A stretch of DNA of 63,087 bases, filler included, from Octopus bimaculoides (Eukaryota), in NCBI RefSeq assembly GCF_001194135.2. It is 8 parts of 8 records of this genome, joined end to end, with 100 filler letters (N's around TTAATTAATTAA, not from the genome) between each part and the next. Parts side by side here need not be neighbours in the genome. Positions count along the whole stretch, not along the records: positions 1 to 19,443 come from NC_069006.1; 7 more parts are not named here. The stretch is one strand, 5' to 3'. Each line of letters begins with the position of its first letter. Position 1 is the stretch's first letter. Position numbers and translations under genes: made by a program. The notes beneath the pieces were generated by a model. It did no database searches and had not been told where the DNA came from. It saw only the letters and a program-made list of their open reading frames with translations. Positions 1 to 10,985 of this stretch are shown here, piece by piece.

Positions 1-651
1 TACACATTTTTTTTTCAAATTTCCGTGAAAAAAAAATTTTTTAATTATTTATTTTTAATCTGTATATAAGGAAAAATAACGAAAAATTATTTTGGATCAC
101 TTATGATTTATTATGAAGTTACTGAGAGATATGATGGTTACTGAAAATAATTAATGATAGAAAAGCGGAATAACATCATGAACGAAGTATTTCAGGTAAG
201 AAATAAGTGACAGGTACCTTGGAGTACAATCAACGTATATTTTCGTTCAAATATATATTTACTAGACATCTCTGAATGAAAATATACAGGATAATATGTT
301 AAGAGGTTAAAGGTCAATGATGAGATTGAGATTCTCTTTAAAGGTCAAAATATGTCACTGTAATGTGGTCAGTGGTTATACCTTAGAAGGTCTGGAACCA
401 ACAGACCTCGAAACTAGAAAGAGGTGAGTTTTTAAAGCTGATGGTAGGTTCAAATGGAGTTTAGAACTGACTGTCTCATGTGATTTATTTGGAGGCTGCG
501 ATTGGTTAGTTTGCATATTGAAATGCGATAGAGTAAGAGACAAATTGCGCCAATACCAACCAATCACAGTGGTGGACACATCGGGGTCGAAAGCAGTGCC
601 CAAAGGTTAGCTGTTACCTGCTACGTTCATATGTATGTATATATAATAGAG

Positions 652-1218
652 GGATCTTTTTTAAAACGGGGGCCACATTTTTCATTAACGAAACACTTTG
701 AAACTTGGAACACTGGTAGAATGTGTCATAAAAAACATCTTTTTCTCTTAGTCTTCTTAAAAAAAAAAAGAAATCCATAAATTATTCCATGTTAAAGTTG
801 TCGTATTTCTGTAATTTCAACCAATCACTGACGTCCATTCAGCCGATATACATTAAGTGCCGACTACATAAACAAACGATTCTGAAACAATTAACCCTAA
901 CTCTAACCCTAACCCTAACCCTAGGGTTAGGGTTAGGATTAGGGTTAAAGCAAATTTAAAATGAAAAAAGCAAATAAAACGAAGAATCGTTTGTTTATGT
1001 AGTTGGCACTTAATGTATATTGGCTGAATGGACGTCAGTGATTGGTTGAAATTATCAAAATAACGCAATTTTTTACATGAAATAAATTCGAATACAAAAA
1101 TATTTTTCTATTCTATAACACAAAATAGATAAGTATACGAAGTTTGAAAGTCTTTCCGTACCAAAAACACTACGTAAAACATTAATGAAAAATGTGGCCC
1201 CCGTTTTAAAAAAGATCC
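652..1218. mobile_element. Non-autonomous TIR DNA transposon (MITE) with nested internal inverted repeat and telomeric-repeat core; Merlin-, hAT- or P-type by TSD length
   Basis: Perfect 37-bp TIRs (652-688 GGATCTTTTTTAAAACGGGGGCCACATTTTTCATTAA and its reverse complement at 1182-1218). 8-bp direct repeat TAATAGAG on both flanks (644-651, 1219-1226). Internal 72-bp inverted repeat at 812-883/983-1054. No ORF. Confidence 0.9.
892..947. repeat. Interstitial telomeric-like repeats (CCCTAA)n-CCCTAGGG-(TTAGGG)n
   Basis: Sequence taaccctaactctaaccctaaccctaaccctagggttagggttaggattagggtta, symmetric about CCCTAGGG at 919-926. Confidence 0.9.
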
Positions 1219-1598
1219 TAATAGAGAAAGGAAGTTCATTATGCTTCACTGCAAACTTATTGGCACTCAGTTGCTAAAAGAAAAGGACATCTTTCAATCT
1301 TTGTTTAACACTGTCACTATTTTTCCAAATCTTGCTGCATTTCATACAGGATTTTCGCTCTTCCAAAGTCAACTTGGTGCATAACTTGAACTATCCTTTT
1401 TCGATTGTACATTTTAGCCTGAAAAGTTTGACTTGTATGCTAGAAAATCACAGTAATCAATTACAAGCTTGATACGAAATGCTCCAGCATGGCCCGCAAT
1501 CCAATGACTGAAATTAGTAATACAATGAAAGAGCGGTTAGAATGTGCAATGTTACATACTTAAATTGCTCCGTACAATAATTCTACCTTTGTTTCTAG

Positions 1599-1716
1599 TT
1601 GGACAACTATTCTTCAGGAAACTAACAGAATTAAGTGACAAGTATGTTGTTATTGGGACTTGCTACTCCAAAGATGAACCTCAACTTTATAAATTCGATT
1701 TGAAAACGGCAGCAAA
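1599..1716 (+). CDS. RmlD-like copy 1, first recognisable coding exon (xGQLFFRKLTELSDKYVVIGTCYSKDEPQLYKFDLKTAAK)
   Basis: TTTCTAG acceptor, GTAGGT donor at 1717; homologous to 18421-18527 on the minus strand. Confidence 0.8.
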
Positions 1717-2361
1717 GTAGGTTTCAGTTATTTTCTTTTAACTTTTATAAGGAATATTCTAAAAGAATATGTAACTGAACTTATATTGAGTGCTCTATTA
1801 TTTTGAGCAAATATATATATAAATGTGTTTTTATATTATTAATAAATTCATAAAATTATCAATAATATTCATGCTTAATTACGCATAAATTTTTATATGC
1901 ATTTATATTCACATGTATCTTTATCTACATTCATAGTTCTCAGCTGTTGTTTGTCTTTTTTCTTACTCGTTTCACTCAGACTGTGATCGTGTTGGGGGCA
2001 CTCTTTTAAAGAATTTTCAGTCGAATGTATTGAACTCAGTTGTTTTTTTAAAGCCTGGTACTTACTTTATTAGAATCTGTTGCCAAACTGCTAAGTTATG
2101 GGATTGTCAAACAGCAGAGGGGGGTTGTACACAAACACAATGACACACATCCGCTGAAGACATGATAGATCGTTGACCTAACACCATTCAATTTTTTTTC
2201 TCCGTGTTTTTCTCCTTGTTTTCTCCGTATTCTTTCTGTTGAAGAGCGTAGCTCGAAACGTTAAAGACATTCTGTATTCCCGAGCATCAAACTAATACAT
2301 CCTTTTGTTGTTTACACCACCTGTCCTCGTCTGTTGTTGTTTTTTTTCGTACATTCTCCCT

Positions 2362-2394
<33 letters not shown>

Positions 2395-5300
2395 GATGGA
2401 CTTCTTTCAGTTTCCATCTACCAAATCCACTCACAAGGAGGGGAACTTTCTAAGTACAATCCCATGGTCATCCATGACCGAAGGGGTTCTTTACCCTATT
2501 TTGTGGTTATGAGATAACAGAGATGGTGGTATGTGTAAGCAGAGATGATGACAATGATGGTAGTGGTGGTGGTTGTGGTAACAATCCAACTACCTGTTGT
2601 ATTGCTGGTAACAATACTCTAATTCACTAATCTCCAATGTGTCTTCATTACAGGGACCCAGCATATGTGGATCTGCTTTTGGATGCCTGCAAACCCCATG
2701 TGGTCATTGTATGTGGGGCCATGACCAATGTAAACTTGTGCGAATCGGAAACAGAGTTGGTTTGTTGCAGATTTTTTTCATTGTTGTTAAATTGCTGTTG
2801 TTATGGATTTGGGTTTTGTTGTTGTTGTTGCTGTTAAGATATTTTCTTATCCATGTTCCTTAACCCAACATCAGACCTTTGATTAAAGATGTTCTAGTGG
2901 CATAGAGAAGGGAGGCTGATATGCATGGGCAACTGCTGATCATCCATAAACAACCTTGCCCAGACTTGTACCTTGGAGGGGAACTTTCTAAATGGAATCC
3001 CATGGTCATTCATGACCAAAGGGGTTCTTTATCCTATTTGGTGGTTATGATGACAAAGATGGTGCTATGTGTCAGCAGAGATGCTGGCAGTGGTGGTGGT
3101 GTGACCATCCCATTTTCCATTTCAGACATGGTGTATCAAGGAATACATGACCTAATGTGTTCTTTTTTATTGTTTAGTTCCGATTCAGCTTTCATCCCTG
3201 ATCTCGCAGAACTATGGCTGAAAAAGTTCCAAATATGACCATCCCATCTTTTTTATTGTTGTTGAAATATTTTTTGTCCTTGTTGCTTAACCCGCACATC
3301 AGACCTTTGATCAAAGATGTTCCAGCCATGACCATCCCATCTTTCATTTCAGACATAGTGCATCTAGGAATACATGGTCTAATGTGTTCTTCCTTGTCAT
3401 TTAGTCCCGATTCAGCCATGACCCCTGAGCCAGACCTATGACTGAAAAAGTTCCAAATATGACCATTCCATCTTTTTTTTTTTTTTTTTTTCAGACATCA
3501 ATGTTTTGAAACTGACCTATTTTCCATTACATTTCAGACAGATTTGGTGCTGAGTTTTGAAGCAGAAATATCGTTATAGCAAATATTCTGCTCAATACCA
3601 CAGATTTGCTTGTTACTTGCTTGACCATAACCACTTGAGCATGTCCCTTAGTGGCTGACAATATGTGCATTTCTGATCATGAACAGGAGTAGTAGGGGAG
3701 GGGGAATCATCATAGCCATGTATTGAGAGGGATTCTTTGGGGTTTGAATAAATGTAATAAAAGCAAAGTTTGAAGGAAACATTAGCCGTTTTTCACACTT
3801 TCTAGGGGTTAACAAATAGGAAATAACAGTTGGTACCCAAGGACAAAAATCGTGTTACACAATATAATCAGCTGTTTAATTAGTCATTCAGTCAATAATC
3901 AACCAGCTAACTTGGTCAAAGTCCTTTATGATCCCTTCCATCAATCACTTTATAATCCTTTCCTGTAATCCCCTTTACCTTTCCCCATATTTTCCCTAAT
4001 TCATGTTCATTCTTCTAATACCTTGCTCTTCATGTTTGTTCATTGCAGGCTTATCTTATTAACCGAGACAGTATTGAACAGTTAGGGAAACAAACCAAAA
4101 AGCATGGTGCCAAGTTGATCTTCTTCTCAACCAATTATATCTTCAGTGACCCTCTCAAACCAGATTTACCCCAAGACAGAATCGATATGTTAGGTTAGTA
4201 TTTAGATCTATACCTTCTTAAGTAAAAGTAAAGTTCCTTTCCGAGTCATATAGACTCATAGGGCTGGTTTCTCGGTTTCCATGGCGTATATATGCCCCAC
4301 CTGGATGGTCTGTCACAGGGTTATTCATTTTTGCCAACTGAGTGGACTGGAGCAACGTGAAATGAAGTGTTTTTACTGAAGAACACAACACGTCATCCAC
4401 TCTGGAAATCGAAACCTCAAGCTTACAATCATGAGTCCAACACCTTAGCCACTAAGCCATGTGCCTGTACCCATACCTTCATAGATTGCATTAATTTCTT
4501 GGTAATATTGTCATTGTGGAGGCACATGGCTTAGTGGTTAAGGTGTTGGACTCCTGATCATAAGATTGTGGTTTCAATTCCTGGACCAAGCGATGCATTG
4601 TGTTCTTGAGTGAAACACTTCATTTAACATTGCACCCAGTCCAATCAGTTGGTAGAATTGACTAATACTCTGACAGACTTATATCCCATTCAGGAAGGAA
4701 TATAAATGTCACAGAAAAAACAGGAAACCAGCCCTATGATTCATCATCATCATCATTGTTTAATGTCCATCTTCCATGCATGCATGGGTAGGATGATTGA
4801 CAGGAGCTGGCCAGGTAGAAGACTACCCCAGGCTNNNNNNNNNNGACAGGAGCTGGCCAGGTAGAAGACTACCCCAGGCTACTGTGTCTGTTTTGGCAGG
4901 GTTTTTATGGCTGGATGCCCTTCCTAACACCAACCACTGTGTAGCACCTACTATAGCCTTGGGCTGACCAAAGCCTTGTGAGTGGACTTGATTGATGGAA
5001 ACTGAAAGAAGCCCACTGTGTATGTGTGTGTGTGTTTCTGTCTGTGATGTCTCCCCCACCACTGCTTGACAACCGATGCTGGTGTGTTTATGTTCCTGTA
5101 ACTTAGCAGCTTGGCAAAAGAGACTGATACAATAAATACCAGGCTTTAGAAAACAAGTACTGGGATCATTTCTTCAAAGCAGTGCTCCAGCATGGTCACA
5201 GTCTAATGGCTGAAACAGGTAGAAAACAAAAATTTATGTTTCAAACATTGAATTCTGATGGAAGGTTTTAACTGAGATCCCTTTAAAACTGGGAATTTCT

Positions 5301-8300
5301 ATCATGGGACCAACGGTGGGTTCAGGCTGGTTGGTATCAAACAGGTTAACTAATATTTGATATTCCTGTGATTTCTTTGTAGCTAATGATGTTGGTATAA
5401 AGGAAGATGCACGTCCCAACTGTGTGAACATCTATGGTAAATCTAAGCTGGATTCTGAGAAAGTATTCCAAGATAATGACACTAATGTTTTAATTATACG
5501 CACTTCGGTGAGTATGGGGTAAACATTACATATCTTTCTCTTTAAGACACAACTGGGGATTGAAGATATGTACAGGGTGATTGAAAAGTAATTCCCTATT
5601 TTAAAATACTTATAGATTGTTTATTAATTGTAATTTTTTTCTCAAATTTTTTGTGTTTGGTTTTTGAAGTATGAGCATTTATTCTTTAATTATATTGCTC
5701 ATGTCATTAACAAATAACGGACTGCCCACTTTCCCAGGAGAGGGATGGGTCATTGTTGTCTGCATAAGTGGCCAGCCAGAAGTCCCAACTTAACACCCTG
5801 TGACTTCTTTCTTTGGGGTTGGTTAAAGGAACAAGTCTACTGTACCAAACCAAAGACTTTGGAAGAACTTGAAGGGCAAATATGAGAAGTTATGTCTTCT
5901 ATCACACAAGATTTTCTGGTGAGATCTGTTGGTGCAACTCTTGGGCGACTCAAGAAGCTGGTGGCGACATCTGGAGCCCAAATCAAATTTTAAAGAAAAC
6001 CTCATACTAAAAGTTTTCCTTTCATAACCACTGACGTGTTATGTAAGTAATAATTGCGTTAATTTGCGTTAATGGCAAAACCTGGTCTACGATTAATTCT
6101 TTATTTTGTATATTTTCATTTGTCTTTCTCGTTTATATTCTGGTGTGGGCTGAATTATTCTGGAAAACATTTCTTTTGTGGTTTGATCGTAGATGGTCTA
6201 TTTCTAGCATAATGGATGTCCACTTAGTCGTCATCCCTTCTTATACGTATGTAATACAATTTTTCTGAATTTTCAGATTTTTCTTTATGCTAGACCACTG
6301 GTTTTAAATTGGTGTTAATTAAATTAATATTCAATTTATCTATATGTATATATATCCCTCTCTCTCTCTCTCTCTTTCGGAGAGAGGCACAAACACATAC
6401 ACAGACATATATACACACGGCAGTAACTTCCGCCTACCAAATTCAATCGCAAAGCTTCGCAGGATGTGTGTGTGTGTGTGTACATGAATGTAATTAAGCA
6501 CATCCTCAAATTAGCACGCATGTCGCTCCAATTTTAGGAGGACATTCGTCATGACCCTAGCTGCATTTTTGTCAACTTATTTTTCCGCGAATAGCAGTAA
6601 AAATAAATTTTCAACCAAAACTTTTAACAATTTTCAAGTTAGATAAATCCACCATTATTTACAACGGAGCTATGTCCCCTTCTAGGGACGAGTAAGTTTT
6701 TTAAGACTTTTGTTTTTTATTTTTCCATCGATGTTTTGTTGATATACGGACACACATACGAATATGTATTTAATGTGTCTTTCTTGCTTTAAGAAAGAAG
6801 TTTGTGTGATTTAAGGGAGGTTTAACTATTATTTCTAGCAAAATTGAGCAAACATTTATTAATGAGATATGTTGTTGTTTGTTGCCAAGATTTTAATGTG
6901 ATTTGATGTGACTTTTCCAGGGTGTATATGGACATGATAGCAGAAAAAGGAATTTTGTGTACCAAGTTATAGGGAATCTTCTGGCTGGGAATAAGATGAC
7001 GCTGCTTACAGATGAAGTAAAATTCCATATTCTTCATTTTAAACTACCTTTTTTTTTAAAGTTTTCATTTGTTAATTTATAAATTAGACTTGATTAGAAT
7101 TATCGTATTCTTTTATCTGTTTCAGGCATTTAACTGCAGCCATGCTGGAGCACTGCCTTTAGTCAAACAAATCGACCCCATGACTTATTCTTTGTAAGCC
7201 TAGTACTTATCCTATCGGTCTTTTTTGCCGAACTGCTAAGTTACGGGGACGTAAACACACCCACATCAGTTGTCAAGCAATGGTAGGGAGACAAACACAG
7301 ACACACACACACACACAGACACACACACACAGACACACACACACAGACACACACACACACACACACACACATACATACACACATATACGACTGGCTTTTT
7401 TTAGTTTCCGTCTGCCAAATCCACGCTCAGAAAGCTTTGGTCGGCCTGAGGCTATAATAGAAGACACTTGCCCAAGGTGCCACGCAGTGGGACTGAAACG
7501 GAACCGTGTGGTTGGTAAGCAAGCTACTTACCACACAACCACTCCTGTGCCTATATATGTGTTTTTTTTTTTTCTGGGGGGGTTTTTTGCAATTGAAATT
7601 TAATGGTTCTAATGGACTTGATGCTGTTTAATGAATTATCAACTCTTGGGATAATAATAATAATAATATTATTATTTACTGTGATGAGGAAGAGATATCT
7701 TATGGTACAGAGAGTGACAAACTTCTACTTAACATTTTAATGACACAATAATTTATTCCATTTTATAAACTGTTTGTAGTTACTGTTTACTGGTTACAGA
7801 CCATCACTAGTTTTCTTGGCTTCTATTGTTTCACTTCTATTTAATATTTGTTCATTATTTGCTTATGAACTAATTATGGAAACTATGCTGATATATAAAC
7901 CTAATACTTAAAAATTTGACCATAGCAGGCAAATCTGTGTAACTGCTGATATACAGAGGTAATGATCAAAATATCCTTTGGTTGGAAAGTCTACATGAAT
8001 TCAACCAGTTTATATTACCCAGACACTGAATATATTTAATTCTTGGAAGTGAGATTGTGAAGATTGAGAAATGTTGAACATGTTCCAACTTAACCCTTTA
8101 GCATTCAAATTATTCTGTCGAGCTTAAAGCTTAATTATTCTAATTGGTTTGAATTAATCATGCATTATCTTGCTACTTCTAGATTTCAATGATGTGACAG
8201 TATATTTTTAGAATGTCATTGTATGGTAGATGTGAGAGGTTAGATCTGGCCAGTTTGAACATAAAACATATAGAATATTTGGGTGTGATATGACTAGTTT

Positions 8301-9228
8301 AAATGCTAAAGGGTTAACTGTAAAAAAAAAAAAATAAAACCATTAAGAAGTATGGAAAATATAAAGATAAAGCTTTATCAGTCATGCATCCTATAAAACA
8401 TGTATTTGCTTATTTATATGTCCATTTGTTCATAGATCCAATGTCCAGTTTACAGTGAGGATTTGTGTAGGGCCACACTTGAGCTGATGGAGAAAAACTG
8501 TTCAGGAATCTACCACGTTGTAGGACCAGAGGCATTCAACAAATACACATTTGGTGTGAAGATTGTAAGTTGGTACATTTTATTTAAAAACATTCTAATA
8601 TGGTACTATTGGTGTAGACACAATACTTTTTCTGCTCTCATAAATGAACTCTTCATATATATATATATATATATGTATGTATATATTATAGAGGCAGATA
8701 GATAGATGGAATGATGTGTCATTTAATAATGCCTTGTGATAAATGGCTTTTGTTTTTACCTTGATGGTTTACTTGATCTATTATTGAGTAAAAGATTTAT
8801 CTTTCACTAATTTCAGGCTGAACTCTTCAATGTTGATACTTCATTGTTAGTTCCAATGTCATCAGAAGAACTCAAATTACCTGCCAAAAGGCCGTATTTT
8901 GCAGCATTGTCCACAGCAAAATTTCGGTAAGTATAACACCCAAAACAGTTATATTCAGTAATAATAATAATAATAATAATAGGATAAATTGATAGAGAAA
9001 GAAATGACAGAAAAGTTTAAGGTAGAGTACTTGCACAGATTGAGACTGATCCTTAAAGTGATATAAGTATATATAATTGTTTTATATAATTGTATAAGTA
9101 TATATAATTGTTTTATTTCTATTTTTAGCAAAGAATTCCCAGAATTCAAGTTCCATAATGTATCTGCCGCTGTTGAGGATTGGCAAACTAAACAAATGAA
9201 GGGTAGAAATATCTTGTCTGATTTCTAA
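1599..9228 (+). CDS. rmlD: RmlD-family (dTDP-4-dehydrorhamnose reductase-like) extended SDR, copy 1; 5'-partial; join(1599..1716,2654..2759,4049..4193,5383..5507,6921..7016,8436..8564,8817..8926,9129..9228)
   Basis: Eight exons with GT-AG introns and compatible phases splice into one open frame of 308 aa plus stop. RmlD-like motifs appear in order: KPHVVIVCGAMTNVNLCESE, AYLIN, GAKLIFFSTNYIF, EDARPNCVNIYGKSKL (YxxxK), IIRTSGVYG, NFV, DEIQCPVYSEDL, GIYHVVG, LPAKRP. Family call is by motif recognition; MAT2B is the alternative animal member of the family. Confidence 0.9.
2160..2365 (+). mobile_element. Penelope-like repeat fragment with hammerhead-like motif
   Basis: CTTTCTGTTGAAGAGCGTAGCTCGAAACGTTAAAG at 2232-2266; the same family recurs on the minus strand at 28345-28545, 35525-35700 and 57294-57390. 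Confidence 0.6.
2654..2759 (+). CDS. RmlD-like copy 1 exon (DPAYVDLLLDACKPHVVIVCGAMTNVNLCESETEL)
   Basis: ATTACAG acceptor, GTTTGT donor; matches the RmlD PDVVINxAAxTxVDxxE region. Confidence 0.9.
4049..4193 (+). CDS. RmlD-like copy 1 exon (AYLINRDSIEQLGKQTKKHGAKLIFFSTNYIFSDPLKPDLPQDRIDML)
   Basis: TTGCAG acceptor, GTTAGT donor; carries the catalytic Thr motif STNYIF. Confidence 0.9.
4225..4470 (-). mobile_element. tRNA-derived SINE (family B), also present at the equivalent intron position of copy 2 (16705-16945)
   Basis: Reverse complement has a tRNA-like head (GGCTTAGTGGCTAAGGTGTTGGACTC...TTCGATTTCC) and a shared body/tail. Confidence 0.75.
4522..4740 (+). mobile_element. tRNA-derived SINE (family B)
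   Basis: A-box-like GGCTTAGTGG and B-box-like GGTTTCAATTCC, then the same body as 4225-4470. Confidence 0.75.
4741..4940 (-). mobile_element. RTE-type LINE 3' end with (GAT)n tail
   Basis: (CAT)n followed by a conserved block ending GGATGCCCTTCCTAAC; similar pieces at 13030-13200 and 15045-15090. Confidence 0.65.
5383..5507 (+). CDS. RmlD-like copy 1 exon (ANDVGIKEDARPNCVNIYGKSKLDSEKVFQDNDTNVLIIRTS)
   Basis: TTTGTAG acceptor, GTGAGT donor; carries YGKSK. Confidence 0.92.
5570..6050 (+). mobile_element. Decayed Tc1/mariner-superfamily transposon
   Basis: TA-CAGGGTG start; translation KWPARSPNLTPCDFFLWGWLKEQVYCTKPKTLEELEGQI* with an in-frame stop. Confidence 0.8.
6921..7016 (+). CDS. RmlD-like copy 1 exon (GVYGHDSRKRNFVYQVIGNLLAGNKMTLLTDE)
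   Basis: TTTCCAG acceptor, GTAAAA donor; phase 0 on both sides. Confidence 0.9.
7105..7555 (-). mobile_element. tRNA-derived SINE (family A, octopod OR-like)
   Basis: Reverse complement of the head-core-(GT)n-tail structure seen at 10588-10985. Confidence 0.85.
8094..8313. mobile_element. piggyBac-type MITE
   Basis: CCCTTTAGCATT...AATGCTAAAGGG termini flanked by TTAA at 8090-8093 and 8314-8317. Confidence 0.8.
8436..8564 (+). CDS. RmlD-like copy 1 exon (IQCPVYSEDLCRATLELMEKNCSGIYHVVGPEAFNKYTFGVKI)
   Basis: TTCATAG acceptor, GTAAGT donor. Confidence 0.92.
8817..8926 (+). CDS. RmlD-like copy 1 exon (AELFNVDTSLLVPMSSEELKLPAKRPYFAALSTAKFR)
   Basis: TTTCAG acceptor, GTAAGT donor; PAKRP motif. 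Confidence 0.92.
9129..9228 (+). CDS. RmlD-like copy 1 terminal exon (KEFPEFKFHNVSAAVEDWQTKQMKGRNILSDF*)
   Basis: TTTTTAG acceptor, TAA at 9226-9228; AATAAA follows at about 9251. Confidence 0.88.
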
Positions 9229-9335
9229 TAAGTCCTTTAAAGAGAAAGGAAATAAAGATATATTGATGAATATTAATGAAATGAAACTTGATACTTCATT
9301 TGAAGCAGTTTTTCAGGGTACTTTGTATTATATAT

Positions 9336-9446
9336 AAGGGTGTGTGGAAAAGTTCCCGGCTTTAAGGTTACTGGGAAAGGCCTGGTTAGAGGTCTAACCT
9401 TCCGATGCCTTTTATAATGCCAAGAACTTTTCAGCACCCCCTTGTA
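9336..9446. mobile_element. Short mariner-derived MITE
   Basis: TIR-like GTGTGGAAAAGTTCCCGGC...GCCAAGAACTTTTCAGCAC; same family as 12781-13002 and 28884-29107. Confidence 0.7.
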
Positions 9447-9799
9447 TTTTGGGGAGATTCAGTGGTACACATATCCAAGATGTGCAAGTTATTTGTTTAC
9501 AAGGTCACTTTAAAAAAAAATCATTTAATTGGGGTTTGTTAGAAATGAGGTCATGAGAGGATTGGCATAACAATCAAATGTGATTGATATGAGAGGAAAA
9601 ATTATATCCATTGCCAAAGAATTTCCCATTTCTGTCCATCCCAGTATTCTTAATGTTAAGTCACGCATAACAATACAGAGAATAGAGTTACCAGATATAG
9701 AAGCCTGTCATATATGTATGTATGTGTGTATGTATGTATGCATGTATGTACTTGTGTGTGTGTTTGTGTTTGTCCTCCCACCATCACTTATATCATTTA

Positions 9800-9952
9800 T
9801 AAAAGCAGACATGGGCAGTCTGCAGTGAGCAGAACCTTCTGAACAGCATGGCTAATGAAAAATTATTTCAAATTTTTCAGTAGTATGGCCCATCTCATGA
9901 TGTGCCATATCTCCTGTTGCCTGCTTCTCATAAAAGCTTGCCCATGCCTGAT
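9800..9952. mobile_element. hAT-like MITE remnant in the 3' flank
   Basis: CAGACATGGGCA...TGCCCATGCCTG termini; inverted homologue at about 12241-12390. Confidence 0.55.
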
Positions 9953-10029
9953 AAAGGGTCATTTATAAAAAGGTCATTTATATTATAATTAAAATTACAA
10001 TTTTATAGTATGCAATTATTTGTATACAT

Positions 10030-10155
10030 ATGCCATGGGTATATGGCGTAGTGGTTAACAGTGCGAGCTACTAACCCCAAGATTCTGAGTTCGATTCCAA
10101 GCAGTAACCTGAATAATAATACCTTTGGAATGAGAACCCAGGTTTGAAATTTCTC
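10030..10155 (+). mobile_element. tRNA-derived SINE (family C)
   Basis: TGGCGTAGTGG A box and GAGTTCGATTCC B box, followed by a non-tRNA body. Confidence 0.65.
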
Positions 10156-10587
10156 CAAGACACCTGATGGAGGACTGACATCCTGTATTTTCTTTTACTG
10201 AAAGCCAGAAACTTTTCAGCACACCCTCATATACAAAGCTATTTGTATACAAATTCACAATTTTAAAGAAGTGCATTTATATTCTAATTTGGTTTTCCCA
10301 ATCTTTGGTTTTTTGTTTCCATGGATTAAAATAATTAAATAAGTAAATGACTTTTGTTGTTGATGATTATTTCAAGCAGGATACCTCATCATCTCTATTG
10401 TGACATTAATTATCTCCTCTAAGTTTCTCTCTGTCTTCTTATTGTGAGCACTCATTCAAATGTCAGTTGCATCACACACAGTTACTAAACTATGTTATAT
10501 TATAATTTAAATTACAATTTTATAATATGCAATTATTTGTTAATTATTTGTTAAACAGCTTGAAAAATGAAGTAAAAAATTAATATT

Positions 10588-10985
10588 GCAGCCAGTGGCT
10601 GTGTGGTAAGAAGCTTGCTTCCCAAGCACATGGTTCAGGGTTCAGTTCCAGTGTGTGGCACCTTGGGTAAGTATCTTCTAGTATAGCCTTGGGCCAACCA
10701 AATCCTTGTGAGTGTATCTGGTAGATGAAAACTGAAAGAAGCCCATTGTATAAATGTATAAACTGTGGTTTGTGTTTGTCCCTCCCACTTGACAACCTGT
10801 GTTGATGTGTTTACGTTCGTTCGTATTCAGCAAAAAGCAGTTCAGCAAAAAGATAATAATAGAATAAGTACCAGAGTTTTAAAAAAATTGGTCCTGGGGT
10901 CAATTCATTTGACTAAAGTTTTCTTCGAGGCAGTGCCCCAGCATGGCCACAGTCGAATGATTGAAACAAATTAAAAGGTAAAAGA
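10588..10985 (+). mobile_element. tRNA-derived SINE (family A), near full length
   Basis: GTGGCTGTGTGGTAAG head, GGTTCAGTTCC B box, core GTGGCACCTTGGGTAAGTATCTTC, tail CCCAGCATGGCCACAGTC. Truncated copies at about 1965-2150, 4940-5230 and 11290-11545. Confidence 0.85.

Noticed and set aside
178-605. Candidate upstream exons (178-195, 343-423 or 387-423, 532-605) for RmlD-like copy 1
   Set aside because: The donors are good and some phases fit, but acceptors are weak, no GxxGxxG results, and there is no homologue near copy 2.
892-947. Chromosome fusion scar or true telomere
   Set aside because: The polarity is opposite to a fusion, the tract is short, and it is embedded in a TSD-flanked element.
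4800-4880. Apparent tandem duplication across a 10-N gap (also 28811-28940)
   Set aside because: Identical sequence on both sides of a fixed 10-N gap indicates unmerged contig overlap.
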